A stretch of 58,335 bases of DNA, filler included, from Sphacelaria rigidula (GCA_964200075.2; 7 parts of 7 records of this genome joined end to end with filler, not necessarily neighbours in it); one strand, 5' to 3'. Positions 33,394 to 46,335 are shown, counted from the first letter of the whole stretch. Program-made: numbers and translations. The notes: a model not told the origin generated them from the sequence alone.

Positions 33394-34526
33394 CTGGCCT
33401 ATGCTCCTACACCTTCCCCTCAACCCCCCCCTCTTGCCCCCCCCCGAGTCATGTTTACGGCTTCATTTAACGCACATGCTTCCGCCGTAAGCTGCTAGAC
33501 AAGTTGTGCGATCCCTTTCCACAATCCTCGGGTCAGTAAGAGAGGTAAATTTACTGGTTGGAGCAGTGTACCTTGCTCGCCCTTTCTACTTTATCTTGAC
33601 GATACACACGTACATGAGTAGATTTATCTGCGGCGCTTCGAGAGTCGATTTATTACAAAGGCGCAGTACTCTGTGCAGGCTACTACGCAAAATAGGGTAG
33701 AAGAAAATAAAATGAAATGTCGATGGCGGGAACCAGAATGCTTGAGAATCAAACGCATGCCGCCGCAAACACTCCTGTGTCAGGGGGCACACCACAACAA
33801 CAGTATTTTGCATTCCACAGACAACCATTTGTTCCTCTTTCGCCACTTTGACATGCAGACGGGAAAAAAACTGTCCTCCCGCGTTGACATGTTGCTTCCC
33901 TACGCCAATTCACACTAGACGACCTGCTTTCACCTGCTGCTCGCCGAGGTAGCAATGCACTCTAGCTCTGAGACGCTTCAAATAACCTTCCATCACCGCT
34001 TTACTTTGCTGACTTTCCCACCGGTAGTTTCAGTGCCTCGCCGCAACCCTGGAGTACATCTTCGATTTCAACATCATGGAACGCATCATGCGCTCTTGTT
34101 ATTTTATGCCCATGCAAAGCTGCCTCGGCTGCTGCATTACACCGGTCATGAAGTCCACATGTACTATGCATTTATAAGCACATCGTGAGCATCGACATCT
34201 CCGTCCGTACGTATGGGTCCTATTCGACTACAAGAGTTTACGCGCAAAACATCATTCTACGGAAAAGAATGAACATCTCCACAGCTTTCCAACAGCTGCT
34301 ATTCGTACAAACGGCTGCATGCACTTTTTCATCAGCATCATGCATAGGCTTTGATCCTGCCTGTCGCATTGAATCGTACAATTTGTCCTTGAATCTCTTC
34401 ACTTTTCGTCAATCGCATTTATCCCCGCGTCGTGTATTTTAGAATCCATGCTTGATAAGCTCGCAGATCGATTTTATTTTCTACCGAGCTGTGACGTCCA
34501 CCGGGGCCTCAATATGACAAAACCCT

Positions 34527-34688
34527 TCAAAGTCGGGATGTGATCGGCTCTGCGCCCGAAGAAGTGACCGTCAACCCCCGCAAAAATCTTCCCGCCTTTT
34601 CAAAATCTTCAAGACAATCTGGGTTGGCGAGCGCCGAGAGGTTGTTTGATGGCTCGCCGTGAACGGCTTTCGTCACGGCAACTTCCAC
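34527..34688 (-). CDS. AACS: Acetoacetyl-CoA synthetase, terminal exon (VEVAVTKAVHGEPSNNLSALANPDCLEDF...SRL*)
   Basis: Acceptor tatcAG and TGA stop at 34527-34529. KKVEVAV and ALANP.CL.F are the typical acetoacetate-CoA ligase C-terminal motifs. Confidence 0.93.
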   Translation of the reverse strand: MEVAVTKAVHGEPSNNLSALANPDCLEDFEKAGRFLRGLTVTSSGAEPITSRL

Positions 34689-34986
34689 CTGATAATGAAC
34701 ATGCACGACAGCAGCATACGAATCGCAGGGGCAAAACGATCGGCGCGGTGGGCATAGAGGGTGAGGGAAGGCGGAGTTCTTGCATGGAAAAACAGAGCTT
34801 TTGAACATGTGACGCATTCATGTATGTATTTACTCCTTGTACGTCCGACTCATCCGTGTCGTCGGGACAAGTTTGTTGTCTCAAGAGGCCAACCCATCTC
34901 TACCCCAGGTACATGGCTGATATGTTAGTATCGCGGATTTAATCATGACCGACACTCCCGCACCGCGTCAGCTCTCGTCAAAATTT

Positions 34987-35190
34987 CAAGGGCAAGTCGA
35001 GAAGAGTATACTCAATTGCGGGGTATGTTGAAAGACTTAGTTGAGGTACTCAAATTAGGGTGGAGTGTTAGCAGTCGTACCCAAAAATAACCGAAAAACG
35101 GTTCCTAAAACCCTACCCCTAATTTTTGTACTTTAAGTTCGACTTCCAAAATACCCTGCAACTGAGTATACTCTACTCGACCTGCCCTTG
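34987..35190. mobile_element. 204-bp hAT-type MITE, same TIR family as 51050-52902
   Basis: TIRs CAAGGGCAAGTCGAGAAGAGTATACTCA...TGAGTATACTCTACTCGACCTGCCCTTG. 8-bp flanks CAAAATTT / CGAAGTTT (6 of 8). Confidence 0.85.
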
Positions 35191-35777
35191 CGAAGTTTCT
35201 CTGCTGCCCACGCGCTCACACGTTTAACGGCGGAAACAGATATCTCTCGGGGAAATATGTAAAAATAGGGCATCAGCAGAAAATCGAAGTTCCTACTCCA
35301 CTTTGACCGCTTACAAGATGCACCAGTTGCATCACCGGGGTATGGCGACAAATCATGATTCGTAATGCTCCAAGGGGTGACGAGTACGCCAAAGTATTCG
35401 CGCGTGCGGCACGGGAGAGCGGCAATGTGAGTGAAATACTTATCCACGATATCACGCTTCTCGAACCGTTCGCATGTAGAACGTGCGCTGCTCTGCTTCC
35501 AACCAGAGCGTCCCCGCTCTTGTCCCCATCAAACGACGATGAAAGCTTCATGTCACGTGAAAAAAAAAATCCCTTGGTCTGGATCCAGCTCAAGTGTGTA
35601 CTCCTTCTTTTCCGCTCAACAAGGAAAAAACACGGGAAGTTGGAGAAACAAAAATGTCCGACTTCTTAGCGCTGACGGAACAAATGCAACCGTGATGCAC
35701 TCGCGCACGGCTACTGCTGTGGAGGCACGAAGTGCATTGCATATCCTGAAGACAAGTAATGTAATATCTGTACGCAC

Positions 35778-35918
35778 CTTTTTGCCACTTCTCGTGTAAG
35801 GAATATCTCGGATGCCCAATATCCTCGCGGGTACGTGCCTTGCTGTGAGGTTAGCCTTGATGATCGTCTTGATCTTCTGCTCGACATCAGCATCCACAGA
35901 AAAGGGACCACTGCTGTT
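35778..35918 (-). CDS. AACS: Acetoacetyl-CoA synthetase exon (NSSGPFSVDADVEQKIKTIIKANLTARHVPARILGIRDIPYTRSGKK)
   Basis: Acceptor ccccAG and donor AAG|GTgcgt; 141 nt, phase 0-0. RHVP and IPYT.SGKK motifs. Confidence 0.93.
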
Positions 35919-36359
35919 CTGGGGAACGAGAAAAAAGGCGACAAAATAATCAAGGATCGGACGAATTAATTATTTGTCCGGAAATTACTTGATTTTAGTG
36001 TAATGGATTCGTGCCGTACAAATCAACCCTTAGGCTTTATTTTCAGCGTTGCAACCCAGGTACACGCACCCCAGGCACGTGGAACGGTGCAAAACTTGCG
36101 TGGGGACCTTTTTGACCAGTGGTCAACTTTTTTTCTCTTCTTCGAACAGTCAGGCCTGAAAAGTCGTGGGTTCGGTGATTCGAACCGGCGATGATTCATC
36201 CGAATAGTGAAAATAATGAAAACAAGCTAAAAGAATGGCAATAAAGGAGGGGAGAAAAACAGAGAGCAAAACATATTAACACGGGCACAGAGTTGAAAAA
36301 AAGTTCGATACAGGCGCGCAGTGTCTGAGATGGCACGCAGACGAGACCTCCAGCGCGCC

Positions 36360-37072
36360 AAGGCTGAGGTTATTGTACTCTAAAAGCAAGTGAACCGGTT
36401 CTCGGCAGAAAAAGGCGATTTCACTGCTCAATTTGAAGTTGTTCTCCATGAAATTTTTACACGATATCCATGGAGTACATGTGAATCCCCTACCGTTTGC
36501 CCCCTTATTTTTTTCCTCGTATGTTTTGGTGATCTAAATTTCGGAACATTTTTTCTGGTGCAAAAGCGTCGACAACTCATTTAAAAAAAACAATGTCAAG
36601 GGGAGACAATAGGGAGTTCAAAACATACCTCATGCGCATTGTGTCGAAATTTCGTGAAAAAATACGTGAAATTGAGCAGCATAACCGCATTTCATTTTTT
36701 CGTGGCTGGTTCATCTCCACATGGGAATCAGTCTTGGACACGAACACTCGATTTAACAGCTGAGTTTCGGGTCGTTTTCAATGAAATTTTGACACGATAT
36801 ACATGATGTATGTGCGAAGACGCCGCTTTTTCCTCTCTACATTTTTTTTTTTCCACGTGAGTTATCGGCGACCAAACATTTCAGAACAGTTTTTTCGGAA
36901 CAAAATCGTGAATAACCCCAAAAAAGACAAAGAAAAAACATATGGGGGAAAAAATGGCGTCTTGGCGCATACATCCTGTACATCGTGTCAAAATTTCATA
37001 GAAAACAACCTGAAACGCAGGTGTTAAATCGCGTGTTCAGATCCCTGTTCGCGTCATAGGCGGCCCAGCCTG
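36360..37072. mobile_element. ~710-bp MITE-like repeat (second copy of 14668-15384) in an AACS intron
   Basis: The start ggctgaggttattgtactctaaaagc and the end cccagcctg are shared with the contig-2 copy, and the two are collinear throughout. Confidence 0.8.
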
Positions 37073-37762
37073 CATGGCGTGCGACAGAAAGGCCTGCGAG
37101 TCGAATATACATATACCACCGCGTGCGCACAAATTGCTCAGTACCGTGGGCAGTCCGACAACAAGCACGGTAACCCCCCCACACACACTTGGCGCTACAT
37201 GTGATGCGAACTCCCCCAGAAGTTTCTTTTCATGAAGTGAACCTGGCCACAATACTACGAATAAGCAACAAAGGGACTGTCTTGTGGACGGATCCCGAGG
37301 ACGCACGAGGGCTGGGAGAATAGAATCGCTGTTCGTTAGGAAATACACGAGTTGGAAACATTGATTGCATCTTTCGGTGTATACTTTTTCCTCTAAACAT
37401 CACGCTAGAGCGTTGCTGAAAAATTCCTTTTTCGGACTCCGGGTAATTTATTCAGCTACCACTCGTACCCCTGTTGCCCCTCTTGGCACTTGAAAAAGAA
37501 GAGGGTGGCTACTACGAAAACATTCACAGCACGCCGCCACGAGACTACGGCGCAAGGGGTGTTGGCCTTCCTTCAAGATAGAACCCCGAGAAACGGATGC
37601 ACGCGTGAATCGAAAACATCACCAACAATAAAAAAAGCGTACGTAGGTCGACGGTCTACCAGTGGTACCAGCATGTCTGAGTATGTGATCTCGACACCAC
37701 TGCCACGTGGAGCGCAAGTTAGCGGAAGGGTTGATTTGCACGTACGCTGCGTGCGAACATAC

Positions 37763-37888
37763 CTTGTCCGACGATAGTTCGTTCTTCGTGTGCGGCTGCG
37801 CCAGCTTGACGAATAACACCACCTGCACATCTCCACCTACGCGGAGGCCAACAGCAACAGAGTCTTCCACTTCTGCCACCCTCTCAAC
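37763..37888 (-). CDS. AACS: Acetoacetyl-CoA synthetase exon (VERVAEVEDSVAVGLRVGGDVQVVLFVKLAQPHTKNELSSDK)
   Basis: Acceptor ttgtAG and donor AAG|GTatgt; 126 nt, phase 0-0. VVLFV motif. Confidence 0.93.
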
Positions 37889-37988
37889 CTACAAAACAGC
37901 AGAAGGCGTACATAATACACACAGAAAACACACGGAAATAGTTCATTGCTCATCGCGCGCGTAGAGATAAATCGACCGCAGCATCCCG

Positions 37989-38285
37989 CACCCCGGTGGT
38001 CTATTGGTCCGAGCGATACAGTTAGGGTGGAGGAAACGTGGGCTCGATTCCCGCCTGGTGAGTTGGGTTTTTCTTGGAGAGTATCTGATTTCCACCGCCG
38101 AAAGCTTGAGGTAGTCACATGACAAAAACAAATCGACCGCGTGTGTTTGATCAAAGTTGACGCGGTGCGGGATTGCTGACCCAATCCGCGGGACCAAAAT
38201 GCAAGGCATGTACAATGTAGAGATGGATTGATCCCTTGAGACCACGGACTCGTTTCGAGCAAGCGGAGGGGTTGGAAGTGTGTCG
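37989..38285 (+). mobile_element. tRNA-derived SINE family 2, near full length
   Basis: A-box-like tggtctattgg and B-box-like ggctcgattccc. Homologs at 3240 and 5555. Confidence 0.72.
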
Positions 38286-39227
38286 GGAACACTTGCATTG
38301 GTGAATATAAAGGCGCCAAGCTCCTGCTATGCAACTCCAGCCTTCTCAGCCGAGATCGAACAATCAAAACCGCAGAAAACACTAAAGGTGGAAAGTCTGT
38401 GAACCTTCATAGCGCTCAAATAGAGCATCCGCTCGGAGTTGAGGAGCTGACGGTTCCACCACCGGAAAATCACCTTTATGCGTGGGCCTACACGGGCGCC
38501 AGTCGGGCATGAGCGCCCAGCAAGACTAGAAAAAAACGAGTCTTGCCCGACAAGATTTAGTACCCCACGGGATGGTCAAGTAACGGATGTCATGCCGATA
38601 ATCCCCTCCAGCTACTCTCGAGTCGGCACACACTCAACGCCGGCCACACGCATCGAATGGCCAGCAGGCTATTAACACACCGTTTATTTATACTAACGAG
38701 TACTGCCAGCGCGATTACCGCCTATGGCGATTCCGCGTGTCACGGTCATATTCATTGATATACTGTACCGGTCGTTGCCCATGCACAACTAATTATGACA
38801 CAAGACATGTGCGCACCACGGCCTTTTCGGCCCTACCCACCCCTGTTACTATTCTGGCTTTGTCTCTCCAATAACAGCTATCTCGGGCAATCTCAAAAGC
38901 TCGTCCAAACGACGCCCGACCTGGTGGTAAAGGGCTCAAAGTGGTCACCAGCACCATCACCACTATTACTACCATCGACGAGATATTGACCTTGAGATGT
39001 CCCCACGGTCGAACTATTATGTTAACGACAGCAACGGCCACAAAAACAACAATAAAACAAGGGCTTCAACCCTGCCCGTGGATTCCTCATTGGCCTGGTC
39101 GGCGTCGCCGACATCTACGCCGACCCCCGGTCAACGGGTCACCGTGGACAGGTTCGGAATAGTACAATGGCGGGGCAGGACAACTGATATCCCATGAAAT
39201 AGAAATGTAGACACAGATGATGCTCGC

Positions 39228-39323
39228 CTGTCTGTAAATCTCGGCCGTTCCGATCCGAACCCCTCCCGGATTGAGCACGGCATCGCTCCTCCCGGAGATA
39301 ACGACGCCACCTTCCTCTGTAAT
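39228..39323 (-). CDS. AACS: Acetoacetyl-CoA synthetase exon ([32 protein letters not shown])
   Basis: Acceptor gcttAG; 96 nt. [17 protein letters not shown] signature. The donor is non-canonical, CAG|GCgagc. Confidence 0.93.
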
Positions 39324-39594
39324 CTAAGCCATAGATCCACATAAGCGAAGACGAAAGGGTGAGATTAAAGAGCAAAAGGCAACACGAGGTGACGGAAAGA
39401 GAAACATGATAGTATCACGGAGGACAAAACAAAGAGAGACAAAAAACGAGGGTGGGGGGTAATGCGTGAGCGAGCACACGCTGACAAGAATTCACAAGGG
39501 GTGGCTGGCTATCACCGAATTACACTCCACGCATTGAACACTTCCACAAGACTTCAAAGCGATAAGAACCGAGCCTCCTAGTTCTAAACGTCAC

Positions 39595-39715
39595 CTTCAC
39601 AAAGTCACCGTGAGCCCACACTTCTTCCCCATCGAACGCCTCGAAGTACGCCGACCGGTATTTCGTGCCGTCCGGATCTCCCCAAAAAAACACCGGCATG
39701 GACGGAAACGGCCGC
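39595..39715 (-). CDS. AACS: Acetoacetyl-CoA synthetase exon ([40 protein letters not shown])
   Basis: Acceptor ttgtAG and donor AAG|GTgacg; 121 nt, phase 2-0. PFPSMP..FW.D and W.HGD motifs. Upstream exons were not found in this contig. Confidence 0.93.
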
Positions 39716-39993
39716 CTACAACGTAGTCCATGCATCGTTTTTTTTGTTGATCAGCCGCGAAGAAAAGTCGGTCGGTGAGCGGGCGAGTGAGGAGCGGCTG
39801 GCGGGAGACACACGACTACCGTACCCTGCGGATAAGAGAGCCAGTCGTGTCTCACCGGTACCTAATTCAAAGAGGGAGCTATTCTGTGTATGTTATGTGT
39901 ATTTTGCACATATTTATCGATATACTGTATACTTGAGGTGCATACTCGAGACAACGGTCGAACGCGTGTGGAGTATGCAAAACGGAGCATGGC

Positions 39994-41164
39994 CACGTTG
40001 ACGTGGACATCTCGGGGAAAATTTCGAGTACAACTCCGATCGCAACATATACTGCACCAGACACGATTTCAAGTATCCAATTGGCTGGGACGGCAGGATA
40101 CCTGATTCGCGACTGAAAGGTTTTTCAGGCGAACCTGAAACTGTCTATCTTTCTGCGTAGCTGTACCTGCACCATAAGCATCTGAAAATTGCAAGCGGCA
40201 AGTATCGGGGCGTCGCTCGACTTCTGTGATGACGAAATACGCCGATGCATTGAGCCTGGTTCTCTCTGCCTATTTACCGCGAATGTTTCGTACCCCACAA
40301 AGGCGCCAACTAAGGAGTTCCGCAATACAACTTTCGCTCATGAACACCACAGATACGACCAAACGGCAGAACCAGTTCTTTGAGGCAGCTCTGTGAAGCG
40401 GCACTCTGCCGCTCACGCTTTAACCACTGTGAGAGCCAAATAGCCACTCTTGCTGTATCTTTGTTCCTCATGTATGACCGATTTCACTGGACGGACAATA
40501 CAGTCAAAGTGGCACTCCCGAACTGGTGGCTATCGGTATAGGGACACGAAGCAACCCATGCCCAACCTGACAGAGTGGGAGAGAGCACTGCAGAGCTTCA
40601 GTAGCACTCCGGAACATGACTGGGGTGAACACCTGTGGAGTCACACCTGTGAAGTCACAATAGGTGACAATCCCAGACTGTCCGTCGAGGATCGAGCATA
40701 TTGATATTATAGTATGCACCGGACAGATCACGTCTTGCATCGGATCAAGAATCGGTTTGTAATGCGCAACCGGATTGAGAGAATTGTTGGCGAGTGTGCG
40801 TGTGTGATAAAATTATCTTTGGCGTGCCATGCACATCACAGCATGAGAATACATCAAGCGCTATACATTTTACTGACAGGTGCTGCCTTTTGTGGACCAC
40901 GAAACATGCTCATTGCATCTGCAGACTTCATCGCCATATGAGTCGAGCGATACTGCGGTACTTTTCGCTTGCCATTTCCGGACACTCTTTAAGGTGCAGG
41001 TACAGCTGCGGAGAAATGCATGCAGTTTCAGGTAAACCTGCTACACTCGCAGTCACGATCAGGAATCTTGCCGTCTCGGTCAACTAGGCAGCTGTGTTAG
41101 GGGCAGCTCATGGTGCTACCGGAGCTGTACCCGAAATTGTTTCCAAATTGCTCAGTTAAACGTG
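39994..41164. mobile_element. Old element with long diverged inverted arms (about 260 bp)
   Basis: acctgaaactg...agctgtacctgcacc (40129-40173) is inverted at 40992-41036. The arms can be followed out to CACGTT (39994) and AACGTG (41164). No clear TSD. Confidence 0.7.
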
Positions 41165-41211
41165 AACATTGTCATTTCCTGTCCGGCAACTTACCCCCCC
41201 CCCAAACGGAC

Positions 41212-41535
41212 TATACAAGGAGGAACGGGACGTGCTAGAGGTGGAAATGCGGGACGTGAACGAAGGTGGCATGTTATCGTTTGATGCATTAGACAGTAGG
41301 GGGGAAATGATGGCAACACTACGAGATAAATGGTGACCACAGACCATGAAATAAGACGGGGATAAGGTAATAAAAGGTTTTTGTGTTATACATGGGACAG
41401 CCGTAGTGAGCACCTAAATGTTGGAGGTGTCTCTATTAGGGGTAGGAACGGTGCTCCGTCTCGAAAGGCATGCGTGGTCAATGGTCAAATGACTAACGCA
41501 AGCAACGAATGAGTACGACCCTCCCCCCCCTCCCC
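41212..41535 (+). mobile_element. 5'-truncated LINE 3' end between poly(C) tracts
   Basis: tatacaaggaggaacgggacgtg...gagcacctaaatgttgg...gcgtggtcaatggtcaaa...gagtacg matches 7830-8243. C10 at 41194-41203 and a C-rich tail at 41519-41535. Confidence 0.75.
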
Positions 41536-41641
41536 GGTTAGACACCCATGAGGCAGTGTAAAAGCTGTGGCTGTCTCTGAAAATGGCGATACCACAGAAT
41601 AGAGCAACTCATTGTTGGCTGTCACTCAAATGCAGGATAAT

Positions 41642-41741
41642 NNNNNNNNNNNNNNNNNNNNNNNNNNNNNNNNNNNNNNNNNNNNTTAATTAATTAANNN
41701 NNNNNNNNNNNNNNNNNNNNNNNNNNNNNNNNNNNNNNNNN
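41642..41741. other. Artificial contig spacer
   Basis: Same 100-nt spacer. Confidence 0.98.
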
Positions 41742-42280
41742 TAAAGCGAATGATCAAAGCCACTCTCAATCGTATCATGTACTATAAATCTCACGAAAAC
41801 ACTGTTTAGGGTGGCACACGCATGCCATACCACGGAATAACAACAGGAGTGCGTCATACTACACAGTCCGATGAAACGCTCCTGTACGGAATACTCCAAC
41901 ATCCCTATACTATGGCTATTCCGTCCACATAACCCTTGTACCATAATCAACGATGTTTCGGTGAGATTGAGAGTAGAGGATATGGTTGAGAGTGAAAAGC
42001 GGTCATTTAGTGAATGAATCTTTTCAGTTCCGAAATTCCCCTCCACAAGGCCCGATGTGATTTCCGCAGTAGCTTGCCACTGAGGCCCTTGATATCCCTG
42101 AGAAGGATATGGACGTGCAGCCGTAGGCACGCGCCAGTGATGGAGGCGAACAAAAGTACAAACGGAATGAAAAATTGGCTAAGCTAAAGCGAATGATCAA
42201 AGCTACTCTCAATCAGCGCTCTTTTGTACTCTCAATTTCACGAAAACATTGTCAGTGATGCAATCCAACGTGCACGCAGT
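41742..42280. repeat. Direct repeat with a ~443-bp period
   Basis: taaagcgaatgatcaaagc.actctcaatc at 41742 and 42185, each followed by tcacgaaaaca.tgt. Confidence 0.7.
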
Positions 42281-45132
42281 ACCCCACATGTCATTCCTAT
42301 CCTCACGACTGCGTGTAAGCATATTCGATCAAATTTTCCTCTATTTCATGAAGCCTGGCAAAAATACCAAATCCACCACGTGATGTCATCTATATCCAAA
42401 AGCCCCCCGACCCAAAGCGCCGAGGATTAAACGCGTCAACCGAGGGATATTGGCCAAAAAGATTTTCTCATGGTTTCGTTTCATTTGGCCACGCAAAAAA
42501 TTGCGCTTCACCTTTATCCCAGTGGGGTAGAGAGCGGAGAATGCAACGACACTTCAATCTGGTTACGGCAGAGTATGATGACAGTGCTTGGATCAATCAA
42601 CCCTTCCTTCTCAAACGTGAGGTGGTCCCAGGGCGAGAATTCCGACCACAGTCGCCGGGCCTCACTGTTTCAAGTGGTACATCAAAGGCAAGGCAAGGCC
42701 GACGGTTGCTGGTTCGAATACCGACAGACGTGAGCGGTCTTCATTTCAGCACAGTTATCAGTTTGGTCCATCAAAGGAAAAGCGCGACGACGTAAGCAGC
42801 CCAGAAAAAATTACCGAGAGTCGACGGAGTGCGATAGTAATGCTGTTTCAATTCTCCGCATTAAGTTGTTGCAGGCAAGTATCGGGAGAGACATGGGTTG
42901 ATCTCTTCGATAAAACGGACGTCGTGTCGTTATTCTTGGACTAATAAGACAATTACCCACGATATGTCATGCACATGAAATGAACGAATATCAATCGCTG
43001 GAGTGACATGTAAACCCACGGTCGAGTGAATCCGGCGTGCGTTTACTCTGTTGCGGTGACGCGCGTCATCACGCACCACAAACGCAAGAGCGAAACGCAT
43101 GTACACCTCCTCCATTCCTGCCCACACGTGGAACACGAAGCGAATCGAAGGGCTGACCTCGGGTAAAACTGAATCCACACACACGTACACCACAAACGCT
43201 CTTCTCCGGGAAAGTGGATTATACCTAGCTGTCGTGTTGACAGTACCTAGCGTGCTTCGTTGCTTTCGAAAAAAACATGTTTGCGATGATAGATGGCCTC
43301 GAGAACGGCGTGGCAGCAGTATCAAGAGCATCAACAACAGCGACAAAAACAACGAGGCGGTGAAACAAGCACATTTTAGGATGACAGAGGAGAAGGAGGA
43401 GGAGGAGAAAAAGAGAGGAAGAAAAAAAAAGAAAATAAGAGAAAAAAAAAAGAATAAAAACAAATCTGCTACACATCGAAACAATATTTACATCGGAAGA
43501 GCAGGCCGGCTTTGCTGACACTGACACTGACATTTACCATGCTTGTTTCTTTTCATTTTAAACAAGCCAACAAAACAGACAAAACGGCGAAAATAATTCC
43601 ACCATACGAAATGCGCGCACAGGATTCACGAGAATTACACTAACATATGGCCAACTTTGAGGAACAGGACTTCGCGCACTGACCTAACTCCCCCTCCCCC
43701 CTTAATCCCCTTCTCCAACCATCCGGAGTCATCACGCCGCCAAATACAGCCAACAACTCCTCTCCCCCCCCCCCTCCGTATATACCTGGTGTAAACGTTC
43801 TGCGGTGGTTAGAAGCCTCTATCTAAGAGAAACACAATATCAGAAAAAAGGCACGCACACACACACATACGTCATAATCGGTGTACAGTACAGCCAATCA
43901 TTCATGCATTCCTCTTCCTTCCGTACCACTCTATAGTATTCCGACTCAATAATAATACTCGCAGGTAGCAAGCAGACAGTAAGTTCGTCGCACATCGGAC
44001 GGACGAAAAACAAAACTCACAACGAAAAAAAACTGAGAAAAAAACAACAAGAAAATCAAGAGACAACATAAAACACTTGATTGGAATGGCGAAATAAAGA
44101 AGTGCTTCAACCCAGCAGCGAGATGGTGAGGATGTTTTCCATTCGTGGCAGCAGGAGTTGGCGGCAGGCCCGCGGGAAATAATAAGGCGTTGGGTCATGG
44201 CCAAAGCACACGACCGAAAATATGTGTCACGCTTCTTTCCGAACGTCCATGGCGCAATCCCGACACTTCTCTGGTATCCTTTGCCGGCTGACTCGCTTGC
44301 CAACACCTCCTTCATCCCACCTCCCGACCACACAGAGAGAAGCAACCCCGACGGTACTCCAGCGGACAAGTCGCGTGGCAAGTAAGCACGCTAGAGACCC
44401 GGGTGGAGTGAGAGAAAGGGGGCGGGCGGGTGGGGGCGTACATCCACCAATCGAAAAACGACCATGCTGGGTACAGCAACTCCCGCCACAACAAGCGTGG
44501 ATGCACACTCATCACCATAGCTCATTCCCCGCGATAGCCAACCTCGCATGGTACAGGCATAACAGGGCCCTCTCTCTTCCTCCTTCTTCTCCCCCTCCTG
44601 CGGTCAACCCTCTCCAGTTCCCTCCGCGTACGCTCCCGCCGTCTCCATGCACCCTTGTTGCTCACATATACTCCCCACGTTCGGGCCCAGCATGGTCTGC
44701 CCAGCAAAAAACAAAAGCACCCCCTTCGCTTCCGTTCAGTGGAGACGAGGCATCGACATCCACCCGCTGACCCATCGCACTCGCCCACTGATCGACCCAC
44801 CATACTCAACTTTCTCCTCAGGGTGCAGCAAAGAAAAAACACACATGGAGCAAGAACAATGCAAAACTTGCAGTACATGGGGAGGAGCAGAGGCGGGGCT
44901 GCCCGGGAGCCAGCTAGCGACCTCGTCGCCCTCCAAGACAGCACTTGTCATTTGTGTCGGGGATTCATCGCAAGGCGTGTGTCTGAAGACGCTCCTCGAA
45001 ATGTCGTCACTCCTCATCCCCACCTCCTCCGCTTTCCCCAGCCCCGCCACACACACCCCTGCGTCAATCCATTCAACACTACCGAAAAATCTCCGTGTGG
45101 TGGGTGGGTTTCGAGTTCCAAGGCCGTCGGAG

Positions 45133-45264
45133 TCAGCGGCATTCCCAAACGTGTATTTCTCGATCGACCCCCCCTGAGACAACGATGGGCGATGTCTTGT
45201 GCAACGCCAGCGACGTGACGAAGTGCCCGTGCGCGTCTTCTAACGTCCGAGCACACCGACCCGT
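45133..45264 (-). CDS. LIS1: LIS1/PAFAH1B1 (NudF/PAC1) WD40 dynein regulator, terminal exon ([43 protein letters not shown])
   Basis: Acceptor gcacAG and TGA at 45133-45135. AH.HFVTSL..HKT.P.VV.G.VD....VWECR-stop is the diagnostic LIS1 C-terminus. Confidence 0.95.
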   Translation of the reverse strand, partial: TGRCARTLEDAHGHFVTSLALHKTSPIVVSGGVDREIHVWECR

Positions 45265-45964
45265 CTGTGCAACAAAAAAGGTGAAGGAAGTTTTCGAATG
45301 GATTGATTCAGTAAAAGACCGAAACCGAAAATACGACAAAACAAAGTAAAGCAACACGCAAAGCTGACGTGTATCACTTGTATTATTATGTCGCGTAAAA
45401 CCATGCATGCGTCTCTCCCTCTCTTTTTCTTCAGTGATGACTACAACACCGAGCATGAGCATTGTGCCGTGAGATGATGTGGTAGACATTTCGATGAACG
45501 AGCGAATCAGGATGGTGATTTTACGCCATGCAGTAGCGGCCCGTCGTTGACTCTCATACCGCCATACCCTTGAGATGGATCCCGAAGGCTGGATACCCCA
45601 AAAAACATCGAAACCTTCGATGAGCCAAATATCATGCATGACCCGCTGCCACAAGAAACCCAAAAGTGGGGGTCCCTGCGACCTTACCCGATGAGCAAGC
45701 ACCCCGAAGGCGCATTGCACACACTGTTGACACACTGTTCGACCGCCAGGGTTGTTTCAGCATTCCAAGCCACTTCACCACACTCACAATGGGGCTGCTA
45801 CAGTAGTCGCATTTCTCGGGGACGTTTGGGTTCGAAATCACTACGGTTGCGTTCACATCAACCTCTTGACTCGATCGCCCTCACATTTGGCATGTAAATT
45901 GCTGAGGCGATGAGGAACAAATGACACACTTCGACGTGTCCCGTCAATTATACCTCACTTCCAA

Positions 45965-46335
45965 GTGTGTGTGTGTTTTTTGTTGTCCCATCTATTCTGG
46001 ACGCCGGTCTACACCTTTCGGTACATGTGGGCGCATCGCAGCAGCCGCGGTGACACGGGAGGAACACCAACACAGGAATTTTTGTCTTTTGTTTTGTTTT
46101 GATTCTCCGTCTTCCTTCTGCGGTGCTTGCCTTTATCTTTCATCACACGATAGGGGTCCAGTAGTCCCTTTCCCTCGTAGACCATTGATTCGAGTTTTGT
46201 GTACCCACTACGTCGTCGCCCTCCACTGTTGGGCGTTGTGTGAGAAAAAATCCGAGATGGCTGCGAGATTCGAACCCACGACCCAGCCATCAAAAAGTTC
46301 CGAGGCTACCACCTGAGCCACCGGGGCAACCAGCT
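45965..46335 (-). mobile_element. tRNA-derived SINE family 1, full length (~370 bp) in the LIS1 intron
   Basis: The reverse strand has A box TGGCTCAGGTGG, B box GGTTCGAATCT, a non-tRNA body and a (CA)n tail. Other copies at 1, 1627 and 27750. Confidence 0.85.

Noticed and set aside
42930..45130. Several 140-190 aa ORFs downstream of LIS1
   Set aside because: Low-complexity 3' UTR or intergenic sequence with overlapping ORFs on both strands and no domain signal.
46255..46335. tRNA gene
   Set aside because: A and B boxes are present, but there is no convincing acceptor or anticodon stem and it is fused to a repeated non-tRNA body, so it is a SINE head.
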